Below, one piece after another: positions 42,101-50,100 of a stretch of DNA of 64,000 nucleotides. Each line of letters starts with the position of its first letter. The stretch's first letter is position 1. The notes below the pieces were generated by a model. That model saw nothing but the letters and a program-made list of their open reading frames with translations. It had not been told where the DNA came from and searched no databases. Source of the stretch: a virus (Duplodnaviria; Caudoviricetes); the IMG/VR virus record IMGVR_UViG_3300030098_006079, one strand, 5' to 3'. Position numbers and translations under genes: made by a program.

Positions 42101-43338
42101 CTAATACTACCGCGGCTAATAACGTTGCTGTAGGTCAATGCGCTTTGAGAAATAACTGCTGTAGTGGTGCAAAAGAAAATGTCGCGGTAGGTGCAACAGC
42201 TTTGCTTGCTAACTGTTCTGGTTGTAGAAATAATGCTCTTGGTACATCCGCTTTACAATGTAATACAAGCGGTGTTAGAAACCAAGCATTTGGTGGTTGG
42301 GCGTTACGTAGAAATACAACAGGTAGTAACAATACTGCTAGTGGTTATTATTCTCTTAATTGTAATACTGGTGGTAGTCAGAATACAGCTTATGGACATT
42401 ATACTCTTAGAAGTAATGTTACTGGAAATTGTAACACTGCGATGGGTTCATGTGCTGGTTGTGGTACGACAACAGGATCCGTGGTAGCAATAGGCGCTGC
42501 GGCTCTTAAAGACAATACAAGCGGAGTTAACTTGGCGGTCGGTTATTGTGCTGCTGGTAGAACCACCTCAGGTGGTCAGAATACTGTTGTGGGTACTCGC
42601 GCCATGGAATTGAATACAACTGGTGGTTGTAACACAGTAATGGGTGACCACGCCATGCATTATAATACAGGTAATTATAATACAGCCATGGGTCGTTTAG
42701 CTGGTTATTGTAGCATTGGTACAGAAAACGTTTATATAGGTTATAAAACTGCATGTATATCTACTAGCGCTAATTACAACACATTTGTTGGATCAGGAGC
42801 TGCTGCTAATAATACTGTTGGAGATTGTCATACTAGTCTTGGAGCAGGTACAGGACCAACTGCTTGTAACTTAACTAACACTATTTCAATTGGTTACAAT
42901 GTAACGGTTGCAGCTAACAACTATACATGCATTGGTAACAGTGCAACGGTCTGCTCAGTTGTCCCGAACATTTCTACTAACTGCTTTACGACTGGTGCGT
43001 TCATGGAAAGTAACCTCAGCTCCTTTGAGATAAAGGGCAATCCTACAGGAACGGTATTGATATGGAAAGATGGTAAAGCTATACCTTGTGAAGAAGAATA
43101 CGATGTAACAGTATTAGGTGTAGCTGCAGATAATAATGAATCTCCTATTATAATTGGAGCAGAGCCAGTGTTAGTAACTGGACCAATTAACGAAGGAGAC
43201 TTTATTGTTACATCTGACAAGAGAGGACATGGAAAGAAAGGATTTAGTAACAACTTGTTTGGTAAAGTTATTGCTCAGGCATTAGAGTCTGGAGATGGTG
43301 ATAGCTATACTATCAAGGCTATGATTAGGAAAATGTAA
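30142..43338 (+). CDS. Giant 4398-aa tail fibre/adhesin with 17-aa repeats and chaperone-like C-terminus
   Basis: VGIGTT repeats, two long arrays of NTTGxxNTAxGxxALxx, C-terminal VLGVA...PVLVTGPINEGDFIVTS...GKVIAQALE domain. Confidence 0.88.
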   Translation: MATKNFFVNDGLKVKGNTLLNGNTYTDGASAKLHVKSAPNGTGANLANVNGILVENSGTGNTNYALKLASGSGNIFNVSNAGNVGIGVTDASSILHIVGPGTHPTSLAHFDTQSIARFEADSSNAVSLYITEGADGSYLQVTDGTTDSSTAKDLNLQPFGGCVGIGTTNPGKSLHVYTSDDIISKFSSSDAGGRILINDSTTNAYINASNGVASLGQCNGLNNSNLNILSAGQVGIGTTSPGNLLELYSSAPVLSIKDGGAYGTNATSYIDFKDSSSVMSRVGVAGVAGTLDVDNLKANSIRLRTNGSTQVTVTSAGNVGIGTTDPNYSLDVTSSGSQTIRVKSTDNHAAVRIDRPSDSYDSNLMFQTNGTTKWRLGQGVVTAGDNYLAIYDDINDAGHTTFKAGGSVGIGTAEPNEKLTVSGNISASGIVYADAFNSVTGGTAIDFNDNIDLAGNLTLSGYVSANGGYCSDENANAKFGTCALNGLTTGLYNVAIGTSALRSNTSGCDNASVGQDALYANTTGCKNVALGRAALRYNTTGKWNSAVGHTALFCTTTGCKNTASGAYALHCNTTGMENAGHGYAALLCNTTANYNTAVGACSLYANTTGANNTAVGFKSLVTNTTGCRNTASGNYSLNFNTTGFNNTAHGFQALLNNTTAKGNTSTGYYSLRANTTGCHNTASGYYALYSNTTAHYNTAVGACALFANTTADYNTAFGSQSLKANTTGGGNLALGYAALTNNTTASYNTAVGYAALFDNTTGGLNTAVGRQALENNTTGGKNTASGYFALGSNTTGSCNDAFGWNALLTNTTGGYNTAMGLWALKLNTTGCKNASVGSHSLQSNTEGCVNTAIGYQSLQANTTASYNTAVGSCALFDNTTGHSNTASGFYSLANNTTGCKNVAAGAWSLGKNTSGCSNTASGYTSLWENTTGYGNAAHGTKSLCKNTTGYSNIAVGSQALTTNTTGHSNTASGYFALKCNTTGGKNTAVGLCALHSNTTAEYNTGIGWRALLTNTTGCRNTATGMYALTNNSTGGCNTASGSYSLYANTCGSWNAAVGYKALKSNTTASFNTAVGTCSLHSNISGSRGTAVGYLAAVNNTCGHHTTAIGNQVLYSNTTGHSNTGSGSYALYKNTTGACNQAYGTLSLYHNTTGCLNSGFGRSTLCSNTTGSFNTAIGSCALPKNTTASDNVAVGYAALKVNIIGARNTAVGNCALCANVCGNGNAAFGHKAMRDTTSGIYNTASGAFSLHNNTTGSTNAAHGNLALYSNTTGANNTASGTKSLYDNTTGCLNTAIGYETLYENTTSNYNTAVGACSLYANTTGASLVAVGYNALKSSTCANCSTAVGHQALMDQTTGGGNTAVGQAAGENVTTGVANVIVGVKALCTATVAHYNTAIGYQAQRQTTTGHCNIAIGYNSLLNNTTACNNVGVGLDALYTGTTGSHNTAIGTRTLYANTTGSKNVALGFRTLCSNTEGLNNVALGAFVLDANTTGRCNTASGYAAMYNNTTGCRNTAVGDCALHDNTTGHDNVAIGRHALVNSTTAGANTAVGSCALLSNTTGASLVGIGYLALAANTTGIRNTALGVYSQRYTSTGNFNTSSGYMSLCSNSTGCNNTAFGDLALRTNTTASYATAVGGCALHSNTTGSYNTAVGFHAASSNTTAFGQTAIGYHALICNQTGCRNTALGVFALCCNVSGCDNTASGVYALYKNTGSNNSAYGFASLITNSSGEYNTAVGGCSLYANTTSCNNTGIGWMSLKSNTTGASNTGVGANTLQSNTTGGNNVAIGDCALLCNTTGGHNIGIGHGALCDATTAGGNVAIGGVAMENTTTGEYNIAQGKYALNANTTGCRNVGLGYAALIANTTASKNTAVGTCAMYDTSTGILNTAVGNETLVNNTTGSYSTAVGACALKTNTTSSYNDAFGMGALCTNNGGTHNVAVGGVALRFNTTGCRNTASGHYVMGKNTTGCMNVAYGYYALVCNTTANSNTAVGACSLYANTTGANNTASGYRSLANNTTGSDNTAVGWSAIKSNTTGSHNAALGYQSMQATTTGHSNAAIGKQTLYANTCGQRNTASGYRALFNNTSGSGSVALGACALCGNTTAGNNIAIGRGAMRNNTTGSINSASGYKSLYANTTGTHNAVHGYEAMCKNTTGGYNTAIGTCALFNNTGNDNVALGYAAGINNTSGCNNVFLGTNSCACDATLCNVVAIGKSAVATATNQIALGGSSHTVDLAACKLTIGGSGGTAGYVMCTDGSGNVGWTSIAGASGGVTCVATANTHVGDGSMSNVVALSAVHNTAYGYQSLKELTCGDYNTAIGSCSLGKTTTGLRNTASGYAALWKNTTGCENTASGIYALMNNTTASENTAVGNRALLTNSTGCANTAVGSSALRVNTTGLRHTAFGVEALKNNTTGSYNNAQGYGALFTNTTGQTNDAFGYAALYANTTGGCNAAFGHAPLAKNTTGNQNTAVGNLALCSNTTGNYSTAVGTKSLYTNTTGNNQAFGSFSLKKNTTGTLNNAFGYAAMEENTTGDCNTAMGHAVLNKNTTGCNNTALGVQALYCNTTGCNNTAIGRSALECHTSGKNNTAMGTWALYKTTTGQRNIAIGNSSLEKNTCGCWNVAIGSRSLYCNTTACGNTAVGGCTLHTNSTGTQNTASGYVALAKNTTGANNTASGYSALQKNTTGHSNTAAGSCALLNNTTGCFNNAFGKRALRSNTTGNHNLAIGNDALYGNTTGNYNTASGYYALGLGAAGCENAAFGYKAGMGVNGGKHNTAVGYEALLATGTKCLNTAIGHKSLTSLTTGCNNTGVGYGSLCNATTACDNTALGYGAFGALTTGCRNVAVGHGAGNATTTGACNFFGGHGAGEDNTTGHSNVAIGRQAMNKNTTAAYNTVVGACALFCNTTTGMAMEAFGFRALHSNTTGSCNTGIGFCALYSNTSGCFNTASGYRSLATNTTGCNNASYGSFTLAANECGCYNTAIGFNSMKCNASGNQNTASGSYSLMCTSSGNYNTAFGYSAALNNTTGGFNTAVGRTSLYNNTTGIANTAIGMEALYCNTTASYNVAVGYCTLRTNSTGAKNTAVGQSALKSSTTSNYNAAFGYQTLFSNTTGIQNTASGSYSMYDNTTGSYNVAYGLNSLANNITGCANTAIGNKTLETNTAGHRNVAIGCLAGTTMTGSDNTFIGTEAGRYTTSSKCHVAIGRNAMRHNSTGCRNNVIGAWALYRNTTGTNNTASGYYSLNCNTTGSNNNAVGLFALQCSCTASNNNAVGYAALMKNNAADNNAFGYGALQYNTTGTKNTAMGCRVMNTNTVGSCNTAMGSEALFYNECGIFNSAFGIAGMSSNTTGCHNVAVGGCALAGNTTANDNVAVGFKTLLVSTTGCENVAIGQRTLCSNTTGSTNTAVGQQALVKNTTAHDNTAVGKSSMHDNTTGTLNTAVGRNSLNSNTTASYNTAIGGCALLTNTTGAANTANGFRALASNTTASENTASGYAAMQLNTTGCENSAFGRKAMCCNTTGFNNTAVGVVALANNSTGCYNTAVGNRAMLLTTSSLNTAVGYVALCKNTTGNSQVAVGACALHTNTTGGDNVAIGVESLRFNTTGASNVVVGKDAAQCNTTANNNVAIGLKANALNKTGFGNVSVGACAAYNSICGKNTAIGTSALVTNTTGVCNVVVGWDAGYSTTTGGYNVFMGSRAGFSNTTGASNTFIGKDSGYYTTTASHNTAVGNGSLLVNSTGSYNTASGSYAMYATTTGAQNTATGYAAMYCNTTGNYNVAVGQSSMYKNVSGSWNTALGFDSMSCNVGGCYNTALGRKAMCCNTYGNCNAAGGNHALSSNTTGCENVAFGYAPMLNNTTGKWNTAMGSFSLYNNTTACYNTSVGRQSLFSTTTGKQNTAIGNRSLYSNTTASYNTGLGDHAGFGITSGTRNTTVGHASMQCTSTGDDNVAVGHYSLHCNTTANQNVAVGACTLMNNLTGSNNTAVGHGALHSNTTAANNVAVGQCALRNNCCSGAKENVAVGATALLANCSGCRNNALGTSALQCNTSGVRNQAFGGWALRRNTTGSNNTASGYYSLNCNTGGSQNTAYGHYTLRSNVTGNCNTAMGSCAGCGTTTGSVVAIGAAALKDNTSGVNLAVGYCAAGRTTSGGQNTVVGTRAMELNTTGGCNTVMGDHAMHYNTGNYNTAMGRLAGYCSIGTENVYIGYKTACISTSANYNTFVGSGAAANNTVGDCHTSLGAGTGPTACNLTNTISIGYNVTVAANNYTCIGNSATVCSVVPNISTNCFTTGAFMESNLSSFEIKGNPTGTVLIWKDGKAIPCEEEYDVTVLGVAADNNESPIIIGAEPVLVTGPINEGDFIVTSDKRGHGKKGFSNNLFGKVIAQALESGDGDSYTIKAMIRKM
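31560..36720 (+). repeat. Coding tandem repeat array 1, 51-nt/17-aa period (about 100 units)
   Basis: e.g. NTTGCKNVALGRAALRY-NTTGKWNSAVGHTALFC; codons diverged; boundaries approximate. Confidence 0.85.
37030..42900 (+). repeat. Coding tandem repeat array 2, same 17-aa period (about 115 units)
   Basis: Same consensus after a non-repeat hinge; boundaries approximate. Confidence 0.85.
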
Positions 43339-43403
43339 CTAGAGATCTCGAGAAAAATTTTTTTGCAAAACTCGGGGAGATTTTACATTAAGGGGTTTAA
43401 AAA

Positions 43404-43410
43404 ATAAATA
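43404..43410 (+). promoter_or_regulatory. Late promoter core
   Basis: ATAAATA before 43422. Confidence 0.55.
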
Positions 43411-43421
43411 ATTAAAGTTAT

Positions 43422-46400
43422 ATGGCGAAAATTGTTATAACTAACGGTACTATTCACTCAGATGATGATTTTAACTTAACATCTGGATCGGATGCGAATA
43501 CACGTAATAACTTCCGGATATGTAAGCAAAAAGATTCACATACCCGATTACGTTCATTATCATCCTTTAGAATAAAAACGCACGATTTACTCAATACTGG
43601 TAATGCAGAGATTTGTGGAAATCTTACTGTACATGGTACCTGTACTGTTCTTAATACTACCTTATGTTTAACAGATACAACTGCGACTGATAACTTTACT
43701 CTTGTATCTACTGATGCGGGTGCGTCTGCTGCTCCTGATTTTAAACTGTATAGAAACTCAGCCAGCCCAGCTAATAACGATTCTTTAGGCCATATTAAAT
43801 TTAGTGGTAAGGATGCTGCCGGCAATGAAACTGAGTATGCAAGTATAAAGGGTTGTATCCAATCTGTTGGTTCTGGTAGTGAGTGTGGCGCAATGTTAGG
43901 TAATGTTGTTATTAATGGGTCATCAACTGATATAATCAGAGTTGATTATGCAGGTTTGTGGACTCAAAACAACAAAAATTTGTATCTTAATGGAAGTGGT
44001 CAACTTCGAAATTACGGGGCTTGTTTAAGACTATCTACAGGAGGAGGAGACTATAAAATAACATTCGAGCCAGACTCTACTGTTAAAATGTGTTTACATG
44101 GAGGAGAGTTAACAGTTTGTAATAAAGTTTATACACCAATATTAAGAGCTACTGCTTGTACATTTTATGGTGCTTGTGGTTCTAGTAAATTATCCTCTGA
44201 TGGAGATAATATGCGCCATACTACACAGTATGGTTGTATTAATTTTGGTCCAGGTAATGCTAGTTATGCTCATATAACAACTGATAGAAGTCAATTTTAT
44301 TTTAATAAACAGCTTGTAGTCGATTCTGGCGTTGTAATGTCTTACAATGAAGATCTTAAACTTTCACGTGCTGGTAATAGTGTAAATGCTATTTATATAT
44401 GTAGCGCTCTAACAACTAGTTGTAATCCAACTAAACTATTTTCACAACAAGGACATACCATACCGCAGACTGGTAATGCTGTGTGTTGGTTGAAATTTGG
44501 ATCTTTATGTATACCGCAACACGGTTATAAGATGCGCATGAAAGTTGTTGCGAGTAATGGTTACGGTTCTAGTACAACTGACACTACTCAAGAAACAACA
44601 CTTTTATTTCAAACTGCAAACACCGGTGAAGCTAGTTCCGGTTCAAGTGTGTGTGCGTGTGTACATTCATTTATAGAAGGTAGTACGAAACGTGAATCAG
44701 ATGCTCCTTACTGTTTTATTGTACACGAAGTTAATTCCGCATTATTTGAAATATTTGGTAAATTTAACACTTATACAGGAACCGGTAGTTATTATACAAT
44801 AGAATCTGGACCTACTACATGTTGGATTGCATGTAACTCTTTTGTAGATCCTGATTCTTGTTCAGGTTCTTGTATAGTATCTATACCTAATAGAGGTACT
44901 ATATTTTGTACATCTTCCTCTACTACATGTATATGTGGTTCTGCTATTGTTCAGGGCGATATATGCATGAATAACAATTCGCGTGGTTATAAATTAGGTA
45001 CTGATACCGGTGGTTCTGGTAGTAGAGCTTTTCTAGCATTAGATTCTGACGGTTCTGATGGTATTGGAGCTGGTTCTGATTATTTCTTCGTTGCTAATGA
45101 TGGTTCTGATACCAGATTTTATAATGAAGGCCCGGAACATATAAGACTATGTGGTAGTTCGTGTGTTGCTTTTTGTAAACCGATAGCAGTTCACTGTTGC
45201 GCAAGAATAGCTACTATTAGAAACTTTACCAATACTACATACATGTGTCTTTGTGGTGGTTGTTGTTTGATAGGTGGTATACAGTTTAAAGACTGTCAAG
45301 GTTGTGACCGTGGCTGGGTGTATCATGATGGTGCTGCTAATTTTGGTTTATTATCATGTGCTGGATCTTGGGCTATTAAAATAACAGGTACTAGTAATAT
45401 ACAAAGCTCTTACACTCATTGTTTTTCCGGAAATATTGGTCTTGCTGGTGGATCTGCTAGTCGGGTGTGTATAGCTGGTAAGCGCGCTATAGAAGGTAAT
45501 AGTTGTATATTATCTTTAGGAGAAGATTGGGATTGTATATGTTTACGAGCTACTTGTACATATTCTACAGGAAACATATGTACTACTGCATGTTTACAAT
45601 CATCTGTGGTTTGTTCTACAGGTTGTGTAAAAACTCCGTTGATACAAGCGCAAGGCGGTGGAAGTTGTTTTGGTGCGCCTGCAGGTTGCGATGACTGGGA
45701 ATGTAGTCCTATTAGCATTAGAGAAAGAGGAGCAGTTTCTTCTAATCAAAGTCATGATTGTTATGCTCCTAACTTAAACTTTCATTGGGCTGGTAGAGTT
45801 TCAAACTCTTTGTATATGGCGGCGAACGGTCACTTAAAGTTTGGTTCTTATAATAGCAGCGGTTGTCCTGATGGTCCGAACGGTGTTTTCTGGGCTGGTA
45901 CTCTGTGTGGTAATACTTGTGTAAAATCTCCTATTGTTTGTGGTACAACATGTTTAGCTACTAATGTTATTTCTAGTAGTGGTAGTGCACCATCTGATTA
46001 CGGTGCATTGGCGATTGAAGGAGCCAAAGGAGGTTATGGTGGTGTTCATTTCTGTGGGTATACATTTATGGCAGCATCAGATTGCGGTGGCGGTGGTATT
46101 TATAACGATACTCACAATCAATGGGCTATATGGAATGGTGCAAATGCTGCTACTTACATTTATCATGCTGGTAATGCGAAATTACATACTATCACCAATG
46201 GTGTACGAGTATGCAAAGAATCAAACGCCGGGTATATAGACATTTGCCCATCAGGTGGTTGGGGTCATCTTATAACTAGTAACAATTGTTTCTACATGAA
46301 CGTACCATTGATGGTCAATGGAGGTAGTATTGGTTCTTATGACGAAGATTTAACGCTACAAAGAGGTTATTCCCTTACTGCTGCTGAAAGTATAAAGATT

Positions 46401-47147
46401 ACATCAGGTACTACTCATATATGTCAGCTTACAAAAGTTCATGGTTGTATATGCGCTACCTCTAACATTCAAACTGCAGGTAAGATTCATATTTGTTCTG
46501 CTCATAATTGTCTTCATATGGCGTCTATCTGTGATGCCACGAACTATAACTTTACCATATGCTCAATGTATAATTGGGCTTGCTCTCTCCGTATTACAAA
46601 CAGGGGCGTACCCATATTAAAGGTATGCTCTGGAAATTGTATTACTTCACTATGGGGTAATAATACCGAAAGGATTTGCCTTCATCCTACGGGTACAAAA
46701 ATAGTTGGAGATTTATGCGTTACAGGTCAGGTTTGTGCAGATGGTATGGAGGGAGATACTCTCACAAGCCAGACTGTATGTACAGGTACTATTTGTTTTA
46801 ATACTAGTTGTGTAACAGGGTTGGATGCGGTATATGATGTGTATGTTTCAGCTAACCCAAATTGTGGTGGTTCAACACTATATAGAGATATAGTACATAT
46901 GTCAGTATATGTTACCACAGGTTGGAGTGGTTCAGCAGTGACTAAGTACATTAACCACGTAAATAATTTTGTTAGAGGAGCTGTACATGGTTCTGGCGCC
47001 GGTTCGGTAACTGCCGTTCCTAAATTATTAGTCGGAACAACAGGTTGTGAGTGTTATGCTGCTGCTTGTGCGACTTGTTTGCAAATTCAAGTAGCGGGTG
47101 GGTCAAATAAATATGACACGTGTGTGAAAATTAAAAGAGTTTTATAA
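43422..47147 (+). CDS. Cysteine-rich tail fibre protein
   Basis: Shares the APDFKLYRNSASPA module with 28116; fibre-type beta segments; very high Cys. Confidence 0.8.
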   Translation: MAKIVITNGTIHSDDDFNLTSGSDANTRNNFRICKQKDSHTRLRSLSSFRIKTHDLLNTGNAEICGNLTVHGTCTVLNTTLCLTDTTATDNFTLVSTDAGASAAPDFKLYRNSASPANNDSLGHIKFSGKDAAGNETEYASIKGCIQSVGSGSECGAMLGNVVINGSSTDIIRVDYAGLWTQNNKNLYLNGSGQLRNYGACLRLSTGGGDYKITFEPDSTVKMCLHGGELTVCNKVYTPILRATACTFYGACGSSKLSSDGDNMRHTTQYGCINFGPGNASYAHITTDRSQFYFNKQLVVDSGVVMSYNEDLKLSRAGNSVNAIYICSALTTSCNPTKLFSQQGHTIPQTGNAVCWLKFGSLCIPQHGYKMRMKVVASNGYGSSTTDTTQETTLLFQTANTGEASSGSSVCACVHSFIEGSTKRESDAPYCFIVHEVNSALFEIFGKFNTYTGTGSYYTIESGPTTCWIACNSFVDPDSCSGSCIVSIPNRGTIFCTSSSTTCICGSAIVQGDICMNNNSRGYKLGTDTGGSGSRAFLALDSDGSDGIGAGSDYFFVANDGSDTRFYNEGPEHIRLCGSSCVAFCKPIAVHCCARIATIRNFTNTTYMCLCGGCCLIGGIQFKDCQGCDRGWVYHDGAANFGLLSCAGSWAIKITGTSNIQSSYTHCFSGNIGLAGGSASRVCIAGKRAIEGNSCILSLGEDWDCICLRATCTYSTGNICTTACLQSSVVCSTGCVKTPLIQAQGGGSCFGAPAGCDDWECSPISIRERGAVSSNQSHDCYAPNLNFHWAGRVSNSLYMAANGHLKFGSYNSSGCPDGPNGVFWAGTLCGNTCVKSPIVCGTTCLATNVISSSGSAPSDYGALAIEGAKGGYGGVHFCGYTFMAASDCGGGGIYNDTHNQWAIWNGANAATYIYHAGNAKLHTITNGVRVCKESNAGYIDICPSGGWGHLITSNNCFYMNVPLMVNGGSIGSYDEDLTLQRGYSLTAAESIKITSGTTHICQLTKVHGCICATSNIQTAGKIHICSAHNCLHMASICDATNYNFTICSMYNWACSLRITNRGVPILKVCSGNCITSLWGNNTERICLHPTGTKIVGDLCVTGQVCADGMEGDTLTSQTVCTGTICFNTSCVTGLDAVYDVYVSANPNCGGSTLYRDIVHMSVYVTTGWSGSAVTKYINHVNNFVRGAVHGSGAGSVTAVPKLLVGTTGCECYAAACATCLQIQVAGGSNKYDTCVKIKRVL

Positions 47148-47153
47148 AATACT

Positions 47154-50100
47154 ATGGGATTATTAAGTCAACAATACGGAAAACTAGTCGAGCTTACTGC
47201 AGGAAGTACTTTATGTACCCCTACTATTCGCGCGAATGCGGATAACGGTAGTGGGTGTGTACGGTTTGGTAATATATGTGTGGGTTCCGAAAACCTGTAC
47301 AACACAATACAGAGTTGCACTAACCTCCACTTTCGCGCAGCGGGTAACTGTCCTATTATTGTAGGAGACTCTGGCTCTACTCATACTAAAATCTGTAATG
47401 CAGTATGTTCTCCTATACTTTGTGGTACAACATGTCTATCTACCGCGCAAGTCATTGGTACAAAAGTTTCTGTTGGTTCTCTTAATACGAATTATGATCT
47501 TTACAATAATGGTACGAGTTATTTAAATGGTCATGTCACAATAGATGATAGTTTAGCCATTACAGGCGCGAAGATAATGAAAACTGGTGGTTATAATAAA
47601 CCAGGTATTCAAATGTGCGGTACAGGAAATTATAGTTTTTGCGACCTAAACGTTTTTCTTAAAAATACAGGTGCTGCTAACTCTGCTATATTCTCTGATT
47701 ATGAACCACATGGAGAGTGGGGATTATTTCATGATAATAATGATGACGCATTTTATATTACTGCAGGGTCATCATGTCATAATGTAGGCAGTTTTAATAT
47801 GAAAAACTGCGCTGGTACAGTTAGAACAGCGTACATTAAACAAAAATTTGTTCAAGGTAATGGTAATGCGGAGATCGGAGGGAGTCTTTCTGTAAGCCCT
47901 GATTGTTCAAATAATTATAATGGTATGGCGATTGGTTGTACTTATACTAATATTGGTGGTTGGCACACTCAGCTTAGTATGTATGGAGGCTCTCATGCAG
48001 TTGCAAGATGGAATCATGGCGCTGGTACAGATGGGGCTAATAACTCTCGGCATAACTGTATATATGCACACGTAGACAATCCATTTGTAATCTGTAGTTC
48101 TGGTAATATTAGGTTAAAACCCGGTACTGGTACGACAGTTTCGTGTGGTATGTTTTGCGCCGGTTGTGTATGTGGTGTTACTTGCGTATATTCAAATTGT
48201 GTATACGCCAACAAACTTCAGGCTGATACATGTGTTGTAACTGGTGATTTGTGTTTAACCGAAGACTATAGTGGAGACATGTCTAACGGAATACAGTTAG
48301 GTCGTAGTATTGGTATACCGCAGGCAGCATGGGGAGAGTCTGGTGTGAAAACCGGTAGAATTGAGATTGGGTTACCAACTAAAGATGGTGAAGGAGGTAG
48401 TAGTCATTTAGGTATGATTCATATGACTGTTGATGTATATGAATACGACGGTAATGATGTCTCGACTTTTATTATCGGTGGTCACAACTGGAGTTGTCGT
48501 TGGTACAATTGCGGTGCTCATATCACGGGAGGCTGCACAAACAAAACTATAAAATTAGCCTATCATGCTTGTGGTGGTACTTGTAACGGAAGGTATGTTG
48601 TTCTAATTGGAGAGTGTGATAGCTCTTGGAACTATGGTTCGGTACATGTGAGAAGAATTAATAACGGACTGTATTACAATGGTAATATGGATATGGGTAC
48701 TCCTATGTATGTTAAGAGAGTTACTTGCTCTGATAGTTATTATAATTGTACTACTAGTGATTTAAGATCAGATTCAAAAAGTATGGCAGCATACCAATAC
48801 GCTACGACCTGTGTTCACACTCCTAGGGTTTGTGCTACTACTTGTGTAAGGTCGTCTTATTTATACTCTACAGGTAATATATGTGGTACTGAAATTTGCT
48901 CTGGTTCGTGGTTTAGAAATGCTAATTCAGGTCAAGGGTTGTATAATTCAGCTACAGGGTTTCATTTTTATTCCACAGCAGCAAATATTGTTCGGATTTA
49001 TGGTGCTAGCGCTGATAATATCGGTCTACAAGGATATAGTTGTGGTGCTGCTCGTGGTTGTTTAAATTGGAATTGTTATAATCAACTCAATGTGTACGAC
49101 TCTGGTGGTAATGTTAGATTTTTAATAAACTCTAATACTGATATTAGACTGTGTAATACAACCTGTTTACATTGTAATATATATGTTGGTGGCCGAATAT
49201 TTGCTTGTACCCAGAGCGAAAGTCTCAACTTTAAAGGAGCTCGTGGTTGTTTTACTAATGAGTATATGCACCTATACAATAAAGTAGGTATAGGTCATCC
49301 ATCTGGCTGGGGGTGTGGTGAAACAAATACTCCTGATAAAGGACTTTCTACATATGGTAAAGCATGTATAGGTTATGGTGTATCTGCTTCGACTGATACA
49401 TTGAAGGTTGCAGGAGGAGTTTCAACTCTCGGTGCAAAAGCTTTATATAGTGAGAGTTATGCAAATTCTTTTTATCCTGATGCGGTTGGTACATGGAACC
49501 TTAAATCTGCATCTGGTCAGACTCACAGTAGCTTAAGATTTAGACGAGGGGATGGGAATATTGATGGTTATGTATATTCAAGTACAGGTGGGTATATAGG
49601 TTTTCTTGATTCAGCATCTTATTGGGCGTATGGTCATCAAACTAACGCGTGTCATTGGTGGAATATAAGCAATACTACGCATATGAAACTGTGTGGTAAT
49701 TGTCTTTGTCATTGTCATACTATATGTGCTCAACATTGTTTACGCGCTGATAAAGTAGAAGGCGTTTCGTGCGTGCAAAGTTGTAGATATCAACATCATT
49801 GGCGCACTATAGCTATAGGAGGAGATTATGATAAGTTCTATCCTATTGGATTTACTGTGAAAGGTGGTAATAACTCTGAAGATATATTAGAAATAGCTCA
49901 ACCTAGTGTTCACGCTCCGACCACTAGTTGCGGTGCTATGTATCTTAAATTAGGTGTTAATATTACAGGTTGGGGTCATATTAGTAATCATTATATAGTA
50001 CACAAGTATGCAACTGGTGGTACTAATTCATTAGTATCCAAGGTTAGAGCAATCGACCATTCAACATGTAGAGTTGGTGTATGGTTACGAGGTGGTCTCA

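Noticed and set aside
31560-42900. Regular ~51-nt periodicity as a CRISPR array
   Set aside because: In-frame degenerate coding repeats inside one ORF; no identical repeats with unique spacers; no cas genes.
31560-42900. Ice-nucleation or antifreeze protein
   Set aside because: Period is 17, not the 16/8 of InaZ or 12 of beetle AFP, and regular TxT/SLT motifs are lacking.
43339-43400. Short palindromes after the giant fibre gene (GAGATCTC, TTTTGCAAAA)
   Set aside because: Weak AT-rich stems without a clear terminator geometry; could be chance.
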